DNA of 64,000 nt from a virus (Duplodnaviria; Caudoviricetes). A program made the translations under genes and the position numbers. Below are positions 36,869 through 46,045 of the stretch, piece after piece. The stretch is taken from the IMG/VR virus record IMGVR_UViG_3300031993_000017. One strand, 5' to 3'. The notes beneath the pieces are model-generated. The model was not told the origin of the DNA. It saw nothing but the letters and a program-made list of their open reading frames with translations, and did not search any database. Within the stretch, counting starts at the first letter, position 1; the number at the start of each line of letters is the position of its first letter.

Positions 36869-37549
36869 TCAAGAAACCTCTTCGAGTCGTCTGGATTCGA
36901 CAGCGGACTTTCCATCGTCTTTCCCTTTGTTGTACGCGTAAAGGTTGCTGTTAGTTGCTTTAACTACAGTGCTTATCTCACGCTTGCTACCCCCTCTAGT
37001 TATATCATCGAACTTATCATGTACTTCTTGAGAAGTTACAACGAGTAGTTCGTGAGCCTGTCGATCAAGAACATCATCTACTCCTCTTACGAAACCAATC
37101 TGATAAGCATAACACACACCCTTGGTTTCCTTACCCTCTTTGTAGAATTTATCATACAACTTGACAGAAAGCTTGTTTCCAGTAATGAAAAGATACTTGA
37201 ATGTTTCATTTGCGATATCTGCGTCAGTTTTGTACCCTACAAACACTACAGCCTTTCCAGAAAAGAAAACATCGCATCTGAAGTTCTTAGCTACGATCCT
37301 GGCTAGCTCGTATCTCCATTTGACATTTCCATACACATTGAGATCTGCTACATCTACATATCTCATGACGATTTCATGTTCAATAGATTCTACATCATCT
37401 AACTGACTCATGTGGATATCATATTTGGCCATAAGCTCCTGTGCTTTCATAGCAGCAGCTATGGCTTCGTTCTCGTTAGGATTGTTCTTGCTCAAATCGA
37501 ACAAGTTGTTGATTTTCTCAATGATCTTGTCTCTGTTGAAATTTTCCAT
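36869..37549 (-). CDS. DUF2786-domain protein
   Basis: IIEKINNLFDLS...NENEA.AA..KAQELMAKY; LA..VA.NF.C; G+..G+ C-terminus. Confidence 0.8.
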   Translation of the reverse strand: MENFNRDKIIEKINNLFDLSKNNPNENEAIAAAMKAQELMAKYDIHMSQLDDVESIEHEIVMRYVDVADLNVYGNVKWRYELARIVAKNFRCDVFFSGKAVVFVGYKTDADIANETFKYLFITGNKLSVKLYDKFYKEGKETKGVCYAYQIGFVRGVDDVLDRQAHELLVVTSQEVHDKFDDITRGGSKREISTVVKATNSNLYAYNKGKDDGKSAVESRRLEEVS

Positions 37550-37606
37550 GTTTTGTCCTTTCTGAGCTCTAACCGGAGCCCTCGGAATACTATTGACTAT
37601 GGTTAT

Positions 37607-37635
37607 ATTATAATATGGAAGTTAGAAAAAGTCAA
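37607..37635 (-). promoter_or_regulatory. host sigmaA-type (early) promoter TTGACT-N17-TATAAT
   Basis: -35 at 37630-37635, -10 at 37607-37612, upstream of the DUF2786 gene. Confidence 0.8.
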
Positions 37636-37653
37636 TAATGTAATTAAAAAAAA

Positions 37654-37833
37654 TTACTGATTTTCTTCTGGAACATCAAAATCTCTTGCTAAAATATATA
37701 AGATAGCTCGGAGACAATTCTTGATGTTGTGTAGAACGAACAACACCTCTAGCATGAAACTCATAACTACAATGATAGCTACATATGTCAATATAGGTAA
37801 GTCTCCTAATTCTTTAAAAAATTCAGCAATCAT
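37654..37833 (-). CDS. small single-pass membrane protein (probable start MIAEFF)
   Basis: AGGAGG RBS, hydrophobic segment. Confidence 0.6.
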   Translation of the reverse strand: MIAEFFKELGDLPILTYVAIIVVMSFMLEVLFVLHNIKNCLRAILYILARDFDVPEENQ

Positions 37834-37913
37834 GTTTTTATCCTCCTGTATCATTTTAAACGATTCAAATACATAGAAAATCGCCGACAAGTTTTTGCCG
37901 GCGAAATATAATT

Positions 37914-38588
37914 TCAATATGAAAAACTGAGTAACCATTTGACAGCTCTATCAATCTCTTTTGATATAAGGGATGGATTCTTGTAAAACTTAGCATCATT
38001 GAATGTAACTGCTTTCTCAAAATCTGACATAATATTCTCTTGACCTTGAGTCTTATCTGCTACATATATAACACCAGTAACTTCTCCAGAATGCACATTG
38101 TAATTTGTTTGATAACTAAAAGCAAGTTTCACCCTAGAATTTCTATATTTGATTACTAACCCTCTGCATAAGTTCCTAACATCTTCCTCGAATCTATCTA
38201 CCTTTGCAATAATCTTCTTCTCTTCTTCAAATTCCTTATAAGCTTGTCCTAGATTGAAGGTTATGACCATATCTAAATCTTCGGTGATATCTTCAATTGT
38301 GTTGAACCTTGTAGAAAATGTAGTGCTGTAAGTATTTGGAAGTGTCGTAGTATATGCTAGTTCATAACCTTTGTACTTTATAGTACCAAACTTAGATACA
38401 GGAAGTCCAAACAGCTTTGTGTAACGGAATGTATACTTAACTAAATTGTCAACTAATGATATTATCTCTACTTCACCAGAGCAGTTGTAACTACTTGCGG
38501 TGTGATCTAAAATCTTTTGCATTTCTTCTGTAATCTCAGAAACTGTTACAGACGTAGGATTGTGGCTAGCTAAAATGCGAATTCTCAT
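37914..38588 (-). CDS. hypothetical protein with MRIRILAS leader
   Basis: AAGGAGG RBS, promoter box upstream. Confidence 0.75.
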   Translation of the reverse strand: MRIRILASHNPTSVTVSEITEEMQKILDHTASSYNCSGEVEIISLVDNLVKYTFRYTKLFGLPVSKFGTIKYKGYELAYTTTLPNTYSTTFSTRFNTIEDITEDLDMVITFNLGQAYKEFEEEKKIIAKVDRFEEDVRNLCRGLVIKYRNSRVKLAFSYQTNYNVHSGEVTGVIYVADKTQGQENIMSDFEKAVTFNDAKFYKNPSLISKEIDRAVKWLLSFSY

Positions 38589-38627
38589 AGGAACCTTCCT
38601 CCTTTGATGCTATAAAAGGTAAAAAGA

Positions 38628-38665
38628 AACGCATGTAGATACCAAATGAGATACCTACATGCGTT
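38628..38665 (-). terminator. intrinsic terminator
   Basis: AACGCATGTAG...CTACATGCGTT plus T tract. Confidence 0.75.
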
Positions 38666-38686
38666 GTGTTAATTGAGAATTTAGTA

Positions 38687-39418
38687 TCAGATCTTGTCAG
38701 TCAGATGTGCGTTGATGTATTCTCTTCCTACATCTTCTTTATCCCATCTCTTGACAATATGTAATCCTAAAGGACTGAATACAACTTCTACGAGTAATTC
38801 AATGAATCCTCCGACTACTGCTGTGCCGAGTGCGGTCCAAACTGGATAACTGAATCCCCAGAAGATCGGAGCAAAGATGCAATACAATCCTCCAAAGAAA
38901 AGGAAGTTATCTACAAACTGACCTACAAAAGTGGACACATAACTTCTAATGAAGAAAGCAACACCGCTGTCAGGATTCTTGACGAATATCTTACCTACAA
39001 TTGAATTCAAGATACTATTAACTACACCTGACACTACAAATGCTACAGTACTACAAAGAACAATGAACCATACAGACGCGAATACGGAATTGAATGCGGA
39101 ATAGTCCTGGCTGTTGTTAGGAATGGCTGCAACAATCCACAAGAATATTACAGAAAATAGATTACCAAGTGCAGAAAGAACATTGAGCATGATTGATGCT
39201 CTAGCACCAAAACGCTTTGTTACGGTATCCATGCATAAGAATGGACACCAGCTTAAGATAAATCCTCCTGTGAATGCTACATTGCTTATCTGGAAAATAA
39301 TTTTTCCTGCGGCTAGATTCATGAGTACTGTACTAAGTACAAATGCTACAGTTACTAGTGCAGGAATGTTCTTCAATAGCAGTTTATAGTCCGCTATAAG
39401 ACTCTTGTTTGAATTCAT
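38687..39418 (-). CDS. queuosine precursor transporter (VUT/YhhQ family)
   Basis: MN..A.KI, F...D..T..FG, RSY.ST.VGQ.VD..F; about 6 TM helices. Confidence 0.8.
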   Translation of the reverse strand: MNSNKSLIADYKLLLKNIPALVTVAFVLSTVLMNLAAGKIIFQISNVAFTGGFILSWCPFLCMDTVTKRFGARASIMLNVLSALGNLFSVIFLWIVAAIPNNSQDYSAFNSVFASVWFIVLCSTVAFVVSGVVNSILNSIVGKIFVKNPDSGVAFFIRSYVSTFVGQFVDNFLFFGGLYCIFAPIFWGFSYPVWTALGTAVVGGFIELLVEVVFSPLGLHIVKRWDKEDVGREYINAHLTDKI

Positions 39419-39471
39419 GATGAATTCCTCCTTTTTATGGTTTTGATTTATATAGACCGCAGGAATTCAGT

Positions 39472-39735
39472 TTAGGTCTGAGAACTGCGGTTGATATCAG
39501 ATTCTTCATCCTCTTTAGGTTTCTTATCATCTTTTTTCAGAAGATAGTAACCATTGATGAAAATCATGATTGCATTTGCAACCCAGGTGTATGTAGCTCC
39601 TATGTACAGCCCATATATAACAAACAAAACACTACCTGTAAGATTTAAAATTCTTATCAGTTTGACTGATTTAAAGCAAAATCCTATCACTATACAGGTA
39701 GTAGCTAGAAATCCAATTATTTCAAAAATATTCAT
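39472..39735 (-). CDS. small membrane protein (YgjV-like)
   Basis: EIIGFLA...IRILNL.GS.LFVIYG...N....IN.YYL. Confidence 0.7.
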   Translation of the reverse strand: MNIFEIIGFLATTCIVIGFCFKSVKLIRILNLTGSVLFVIYGLYIGATYTWVANAIMIFINGYYLLKKDDKKPKEDEESDINRSSQT

Positions 39736-39895
39736 ATAATAATCCTCCGCAGATATCTCTAGTACAATAACGATTCGGTAACTGCAGATATCCGCGGAGT
39801 ATGAAAATTATTTTATGTTGTATTTCTTACACCAGGCTTTATACAATTTTTGACGTACCCATCGGCTAAAGCCAATAGGATTCGCAAGAAGTTTG

Positions 39896-41160
39896 CTACG
39901 AGAGCCTTATTCTTGCAGGACTCGCCAAAAGTCCCAGACACAGTTTGTCGAAATCGACATTCTGCTTACATTTTCTCATTATGTTTGCCGCACCATTTAC
40001 ATCTGCATTAACGATTGTACCATTCGCAGAACAATACAGACCTCGATGTAGTCTCTTACCACTAAACTTACCTGTATATGGTTGTTCAGGCTTGTATTCA
40101 GGCAATACATCTTTGTCAAGGAAACTGCTTTTAGATGTATATGCTTCTTCTTGTTCGATGTAGTCAATACCATACTTCCAACAAAGAAAACTCAACTGAT
40201 TTCTCAAATCTCCGAGAGGTATCTGAACAAAATTCTGATTGTTTACTTTGCCGATGTTAGAATTTCTTTTGAAGTCAGCATTATATCCAACGACAAGTGA
40301 ACCTATATCATTTTCTATACAATAGTCAATGATATATCGTGCAGTCTTTTTGATACAGTCATTTACCTGATTATTGCGTTTAGTAGTAATTCTCTGAATA
40401 CGATTAGTAGTTTTCAAATTCTGTTTCATAGCAATTGAGCGAAGCCTTGACATCTCTTTATTCCACTGGTGATTGATTGATTTAATTTTACGACCATCCA
40501 TTATGAATGATGTCCCAATTGTGGAAACGCAAGTTGCTAAATTATCTATTCCGAGGTCAATTGAAATTACATTGTCTTTATTCAGATTTATCGGTTCTTC
40601 GGTTACTTCATACACATACTGAATTTTGAATACTCTACCATTACCGCAAGGCAAGATACGAACTTCTTTAATAGTTTTATCTGAAAGCCTTTTAGGAAAT
40701 GGTATTGCAATCTCTTTAACTTCAGGATGTAATGCCCTAAACTCTCTACTCATAGGGAGCATCAGATAATCACCACGAATAATAATCGCATTAGTAGAAA
40801 GCACTAAATTGAATAATCCCCCGATTTTCTATAATGTGGTATCTTTACATCGTGGTAGCGGTAATCACCGACTTTACACTTTTTCAGCAAATTGAAGAAT
40901 GATTTGAAACTGCGGTCAACAACTTTCATAGTTTGTTGAGCCACACCTGCTTGCAGTAACTTGTAATTTTCATTAGTCTTACATTCGTGATAATTACTCT
41001 CGTAGGTCAAAAACATCTTGGTATCAAAATAATGTTGTCTTATATTGTAAAGAGCAACATTATACAGATTATTAGAATATCGACACATTTCTTTAAGTAG
41101 ATTATATTGCTTTTTGGATAATCCTCGAATGACATTACTTTGTACTGCGTAAGTTGACAT
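39896..41160 (-). pseudogene. tnpB: TnpB split by a -1 frameshift in a G5 run near 40820
   Basis: SNNLYNVALY N-part; SIDLGIDNL, EEAYTSK, VNADVNGAANI C-part. Confidence 0.88.
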
Positions 41161-41263
41161 CTTATTCTCCTTTCTATAGATTTAACATCACATACATATA
41201 AGGTTATTTAATATATTCTAATTATATATTAAATCTAAACTAATCACAACCTTATATGAAAAT

Positions 41264-41677
41264 ATGAGTAACGAATATATTTCTAAAAATAGATGCAAAT
41301 TCCTATTAAGATACCACTTAATCTTTGTATGTAAGTATAGAAGAAACCTACTTGCAAGTAACAACATATCATCAGATATTAAGAAGTTATCGGAAGAAAT
41401 TGCTAATAATCATAATGTTACCATTAAGTATATGAAAACTGACAAAGACCATATTCATTATATGATTGAAACAAATCCAAATATCAATTTATCAGATTTT
41501 GTCAGAGTATTGAAACAATATACTACATATCATATTTGGAAGAAGTATGAACCATATTTATCCAAATGTTTCTGGCACGAACGTACCGTTTGGTCAGATG
41601 GATACTTTATAGCATCTATAGGAGAAGTGAGTTCACAAACTCTACAATACTACATTGAAAATCAAGGTAAGAAATAA
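41264..41677 (+). CDS. tnpA: IS200/IS605 Y1 (HUH) transposase
   Basis: YHLIFVCKYRR, DKDHIH, WSDGYF..SIG, YIENQG. Confidence 0.95.
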   Translation: MSNEYISKNRCKFLLRYHLIFVCKYRRNLLASNNISSDIKKLSEEIANNHNVTIKYMKTDKDHIHYMIETNPNINLSDFVRVLKQYTTYHIWKKYEPYLSKCFWHERTVWSDGYFIASIGEVSSQTLQYYIENQGKK

Positions 41678-41771
41678 GCCACCGTTTAGACGGTGGCATT
41701 ATATCGACATTCATCCAATGAACTAAAGTTCATCCAATGAACTAAAGTTCATTGGTTTTCTGTCAAGATTG

Positions 41772-41924
41772 TTATAAAACATATATCTTGCTGATGAACT
41801 CTTGCTCGTTGCGATATTCTACAGCTTCCGGATATTCGTTTAGAATCTCTGCAATATCTTCAAGAAGCGACTGCGCTTCAGATATTTTTGATCTTAGCTC
41901 TTGTATACGATATCTATCACCCAT
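41772..41924 (-). pseudogene. small gene truncated by the IS605 insertion; 3' remnant at 39808-39849
   Basis: MGDRYRIQ...KIYVL then KLYKAWCKKYNIK* on the far side of the element. Confidence 0.55.
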
Positions 41925-41937
41925 ACTTAGACCTCCA

Positions 41938-42855
41938 TCATAAATGAGACATGTAATTTCTAGTGTCTTTCATGTAACTTTTTACTTTGTCAACATAATC
42001 TAAGAACACTGCTAATTGATAGTCATCATATTCGCCGTACTTCTCTGCGTCTTTGGCCGGCTTGAACTCATTATCATTGTTGAAACATTCTCTTAACATT
42101 GTTCTATAATTGCCGATAGCTCTAGAAAGTGAATCTATTGCCCTTTCATAGTTATCACTATAATTTTTTCTATCAACGCTCCGAATGTCAAACGATAAAA
42201 CCTCATCACGAAGATCTTGAAGTTCTGTATACAGCTTATCTACTTTAGCCATTGCAGCCTGTGGGAACTTCCTTACTGCACGGCCTAACATCTCAGAAGG
42301 ACTAGGAACGGAATATCCGGACTTGTCTCGATTCCTGTCGTTTCTCCAATATGCTCCCGATTCTGACCAGCGTCCTTCGCGGTCTTTGTGCTGACCTGCA
42401 TATTGTCCTTCATTAGACTGCCAATCATAATGATAACGAGGATCTCTGTATCGTTCTTCAGGAATATCAATCAAATTAGACGGATCATCTAAATCTACAT
42501 AAACTACGTCTTTCGTAACAGACCAAAGCGTGTCGTTTCCGAGCTTCTTTGGATCTCTCTCACGACCATTTATTCGTATTGTAAAGTTTTCCATCAGTCC
42601 TGGAGCGTAAACTTGATCGTACAAACCGTTTTTCAATAAGTAGAATGCTTGATAGTGCCCGGATTCCGGAGGTGTCTTCACGAATTTAGCACGATCCCAA
42701 GCGATAGAAGATTGTCGACCTAATTTAGCTATATTATATTTATCAAATTTAGGCGGATTCCAACCCCTTTTCGGCATACTTTTCTTCAGCCATTCTGGAA
42801 TAGACGGTGAAAATGAAGCCTTTACATAAGTAGCACTTTTAACGTATCTTTTCAT
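41938..42855 (-). CDS. hypothetical protein with double leader MKRYVKSATYVKASF
   Basis: AAGGAG RBS; shared motif. Confidence 0.8.
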   Translation of the reverse strand: MKRYVKSATYVKASFSPSIPEWLKKSMPKRGWNPPKFDKYNIAKLGRQSSIAWDRAKFVKTPPESGHYQAFYLLKNGLYDQVYAPGLMENFTIRINGRERDPKKLGNDTLWSVTKDVVYVDLDDPSNLIDIPEERYRDPRYHYDWQSNEGQYAGQHKDREGRWSESGAYWRNDRNRDKSGYSVPSPSEMLGRAVRKFPQAAMAKVDKLYTELQDLRDEVLSFDIRSVDRKNYSDNYERAIDSLSRAIGNYRTMLRECFNNDNEFKPAKDAEKYGEYDDYQLAVFLDYVDKVKSYMKDTRNYMSHL

Positions 42856-42887
42856 TTGATTCTTCTCCTTATAATGTATTTAATATG

Positions 42888-43283
42888 TCAATAACCATAT
42901 TCGTCTCTTGTATCATCGATGATAGGCTCTAATTCAAATTCATCATGATCTTCTAATGCAGATACAATATCGTCAATCCTATTATACAGAGCCTTCTCAT
43001 ATTCAGAATATTCATTGGACCAATCGACAATAATAAATTGCATCATATTAATTGTCTTTGCAATTTCTATTGCATGATTCAAGTCTTCTGCAAATTTATC
43101 TGCAACATCTGGTGAAACACTTCCAATAGATGCCCAGTTGATTGTTGCTTTAATCACCTTGCCGTTAGAAAAGGCCCCGCCTTGAATAGAAATATCAATC
43201 CCATAATCATCAAAATTCTTTCGGCATAATCTACTTAGTGCGTTAGATATGATCGAATACTCATTGTAAGAAATTTCAAACAT
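42888..43283 (-). CDS. hypothetical protein
   Basis: GGAGGTG RBS. Confidence 0.7.
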   Translation of the reverse strand: MFEISYNEYSIISNALSRLCRKNFDDYGIDISIQGGAFSNGKVIKATINWASIGSVSPDVADKFAEDLNHAIEIAKTINMMQFIIVDWSNEYSEYEKALYNRIDDIVSALEDHDEFELEPIIDDTRDEYGY

Positions 43284-43336
43284 AATTTTTCACCTCCGTT
43301 ATTTTGGAAAATAATTCCTACTATCATTTAAGGTTT

Positions 43337-43594
43337 TTAATCACGGACATAAATCTTATAAAGTTCTTCTCCTGATTCTTCTGTGATTTCACCGCTTTCA
43401 ATGGCATAAGAAATAGTACATGCTACTGCATCTTCGTAGAATGTCCGGTTGTAAGGATTCTCGTCACCGATTCTAGGGATCTCATTCTCCATCATGTTTG
43501 TTCTAAGAACTTCCAGTTCTTGCTGAACTCTAGGAAGGCTATAGAAACGATTCTCGGCATCAATTTCTGCAACAGTCAGCATAATTCCATCCAT
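43337..43594 (-). CDS. hypothetical protein
   Basis: AAGGAG RBS. Confidence 0.65.
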   Translation of the reverse strand: MDGIMLTVAEIDAENRFYSLPRVQQELEVLRTNMMENEIPRIGDENPYNRTFYEDAVACTISYAIESGEITEESGEELYKIYVRD

Positions 43595-43599
43595 GGCAT

Positions 43600-44049
43600 T
43601 TACTCCTTTACGATAAGATCATACAACTTCGCCTTCAGTTCAAGAATGGTCTGATTGAGTCTTTCGATCTCATGTTCTGCTTCAAATCTCATATTCATCT
43701 CTTTCTTCAGAACATCGCAAGCCTGATCTCTTTCAGCCTTTATCCGGTTGAAATCTACTTCAGCGTTTGCTTCGATAATTTCAGCATTCTTTGTAAGTCT
43801 CTCAACCGTATCTTTAAGAGTGCTATTCTTTTGGATAAGACTTGTATTCTTAACAATGAGTTCAGCATTTCTCTTTACTTCGGAATCATAACGATCCTTC
43901 ATGCTACAAGCGAAATCATTCTCGATATTTCGCTCTGCATCTTCGAAACAACCTTCAAATGCTGTCGCTACATAACTACCTCTACCAAGTTCTTCGATAA
44001 TTTTCTTGATCTGTTCTAGTGCTTCTCTTTCTTGTTCTTTTGTTGTCAT
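43600..44049 (-). CDS. coiled-coil hypothetical protein
   Basis: GGGAGG RBS; TKEQER.AL...LKAKLYD. Confidence 0.7.
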   Translation of the reverse strand: MTTKEQEREALEQIKKIIEELGRGSYVATAFEGCFEDAERNIENDFACSMKDRYDSEVKRNAELIVKNTSLIQKNSTLKDTVERLTKNAEIIEANAEVDFNRIKAERDQACDVLKKEMNMRFEAEHEIERLNQTILELKAKLYDLIVKE

Positions 44050-44266
44050 AAGATTACCTCCCTTGACTGACTTTCTGATATCTTTAACGATTCACAAGTT
44101 TCTATTTGTCAACACTTTACAGATTTGTTGAAATAAATTTCAAAAAGAATAGCCGCTACACCGAAAGCGTATCAGTGTAGCGACCATCATAAGTTTGGAA
44201 CTTATCATACTACTCAAAAAGGAGATTTGAGTCCAGTTCTTTATATAATCTTCATATAACTAGGAT

Positions 44267-44632
44267 TCAATACTGTTCAAAGCCAATTGCTTTAAGATGA
44301 CGTTTCAGATCGTAAAATGTGTCAAACTTATCTGAAATCAGCTTACAAACACGATGTAATTCAAGAAGTGCTTGAGCAGGAGTTCTATGACAGTCACCGC
44401 TAACACAGTCACCAAAAGAGTAATCCATATCATATTCATCAATTACATCTATTTCAATTCCGTTAACAGTTGACAAAATATCAAGAACTGTCCCGTCATC
44501 AAGAACAAGTTCTGCGATATACGGATCACTACCGTCATCAAATTCTTCGGCACCTCCCCATGCATACCAATCGTTCTTAGTGAATCTACGAGCGTTGTAA
44601 TTGTAACTACTAGCAAAAACACATTTTCTCAT
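44267..44632 (-). CDS. hypothetical protein with MRKCVFASS leader
   Basis: AGGAG RBS. Confidence 0.7.
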   Translation of the reverse strand: MRKCVFASSYNYNARRFTKNDWYAWGGAEEFDDGSDPYIAELVLDDGTVLDILSTVNGIEIDVIDEYDMDYSFGDCVSGDCHRTPAQALLELHRVCKLISDKFDTFYDLKRHLKAIGFEQY

Positions 44633-44652
44633 AATATTTCATATCTCCTATC

Positions 44653-45477
44653 TTATACAATCTTCACATAACTCCGATTTACCCAACCGAAGTATTTACC
44701 TTCAATTCGGATGTAGAACCATTTCTGTGTATCGTCACGACCAACTACATCAATCTGATTACCATTTCCAAGATGTGCGTACTCCTTCAGCAGATCATAA
44801 TTCGCACCGGGCCCGATTCTCACATTCAGTGTGTCATTCTTCGGAACATTTACTACTACTCCGTAAAGCATATTAGATGATGGGTTCACGACTGTTTGTC
44901 CTCCTAAATATTCATAAATTACTTTTGCGTCGGTCTGTGCTAACTTTCTAAGGAAAGAATCTTGTTTCAGAAGTGCAACATCTGCAGGACATGTATGAAA
45001 TCCATGCTCTACAACCAGTCCAGGTGTTCCTACACTAGCCGCACCTCTCAACACTCCAAGATAATCCTGGTGATTAGCGTTTTGTTGAGAGTAACACTCC
45101 CACTTATTTGCGTTAAACAATGGCATCAGAGCCTTACCAATCCGATTTCCAATTTCTGTGCTTGCACCAGAAACCTGAACATAGCATACAGGCCAATTAG
45201 CAACATCCGATCCCTGTGAGTTTCCAGTCGCATTTGTATGGATTGAGACAAACAGATCATATCCTTTTGAATCCGTACCACGAGTAATAAGTGATGGATT
45301 TTCATCAATACTGTTTCTAGATAAATCTGCTTGTACTCCAAGTTTCCGTAATTCCTCTGCAACATAGTTTCCTAAGACCCACACAGTTGCAGATTCATAA
45401 TAAGTATGGTCAACAGGACTTTGGTTTACATACTTTCCGTGATGACCGGGGTCTACTCTTACCTTCATGTTATTCAC
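44653..45477 (-). CDS. endolysin: Amidase_3 N-acetylmuramoyl-L-alanine amidase plus SH3b
   Basis: DPGH, E, SIHTNA, VEHGFH; LNVRIGPG...GWV. Confidence 0.9.
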   Translation of the reverse strand: MNNMKVRVDPGHHGKYVNQSPVDHTYYESATVWVLGNYVAEELRKLGVQADLSRNSIDENPSLITRGTDSKGYDLFVSIHTNATGNSQGSDVANWPVCYVQVSGASTEIGNRIGKALMPLFNANKWECYSQQNANHQDYLGVLRGAASVGTPGLVVEHGFHTCPADVALLKQDSFLRKLAQTDAKVIYEYLGGQTVVNPSSNMLYGVVVNVPKNDTLNVRIGPGANYDLLKEYAHLGNGNQIDVVGRDDTQKWFYIRIEGKYFGWVNRSYVKIV

Positions 45478-45529
45478 ATCCTTTCCAAATTGTAATTAAC
45501 AATTTTCAAAGATTTCGTTTCTTTAAGTT

Positions 45530-45817
45530 TCACTCTTCTTGACTCTGTTCTTCAACAGCATCAACTTTTTCATCTTTATCATTCAGAGCTTCGATACTAG
45601 AAGCAACATCTGTCACAACTGTTTTGTGTTTCTTACTGTACTGTACCTTTGCAATCGTAACAATCGCACCGATTAAAACATCAATAGCAGCTAATGTAGC
45701 TATGATCTGATCTCCATACGGAATGTTCCAAATATTCACGATTGCAGTCAGAAATGTGATTACCGGAACAGCGATAAGTCCGATCCATTTCAAAACATCA
45801 TATGTGGAGTTTGACAT
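45530..45817 (-). CDS. holin (Dp-1-like)
   Basis: MSN.TYDVLKWI, two TM helices, directly before endolysin. Confidence 0.85.
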   Translation of the reverse strand: MSNSTYDVLKWIGLIAVPVITFLTAIVNIWNIPYGDQIIATLAAIDVLIGAIVTIAKVQYSKKHKTVVTDVASSIEALNDKDEKVDAVEEQSQEE

Positions 45818-45851
45818 ACTAACACCTACCTTTCTTGGATTTGGTTCTATA

Positions 45852-46043
45852 TTAATAAAAGGTTAGATTTTCAATGTCCTGCTCCTCTCTTTGCTCCATG
45901 TTCTTTACAACAGCATAGCAAGAAGCAAATATGATCTGAGTACCTAACAATGTAAGTACAATGTTATTACACGGTATGAATATATTTGTAATTGCTATGA
46001 TCAAAATACATATCGGTAAAAACCAAGTTATGAGTTCTTCCAT
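45852..46043 (-). CDS. small two-TM membrane protein
   Basis: Hydrophobic segments, next to holin. Confidence 0.5.
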   Translation of the reverse strand: MEELITWFLPICILIIAITNIFIPCNNIVLTLLGTQIIFASCYAVVKNMEQREEQDIENLTFY

Positions 46044-46045
46044 GA

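Larger units (their letters stand above)
39850..41774. mobile_element. IS605-type element with divergent tnpA/tnpB
   Basis: Right end GAATCCTATTGGCTTTAGCCGATGGGTACGTCAA (minus, ends 39850); left-end hairpin CCAATGAAC-TAAA-GTTCATTGG near 41735-41755. Confidence 0.88.
2805..44093 (-). promoter_or_regulatory. dispersed phage promoter box B, consensus GAATCGTTA(T/A), 8 copies
   Basis: 10-mers at 2805, 20233, 25795, 32300, 36293, 37857, 39767, 44084, each just upstream of a minus-strand start. Confidence 0.8.

Noticed and set aside
39430-39495. preQ1 riboswitch upstream of the transporter
   Set aside because: A stem and A-rich tail are present, but the loop is too long for class I as I recall it and the stem overlaps the upstream gene end; needs an Rfam covariance search.
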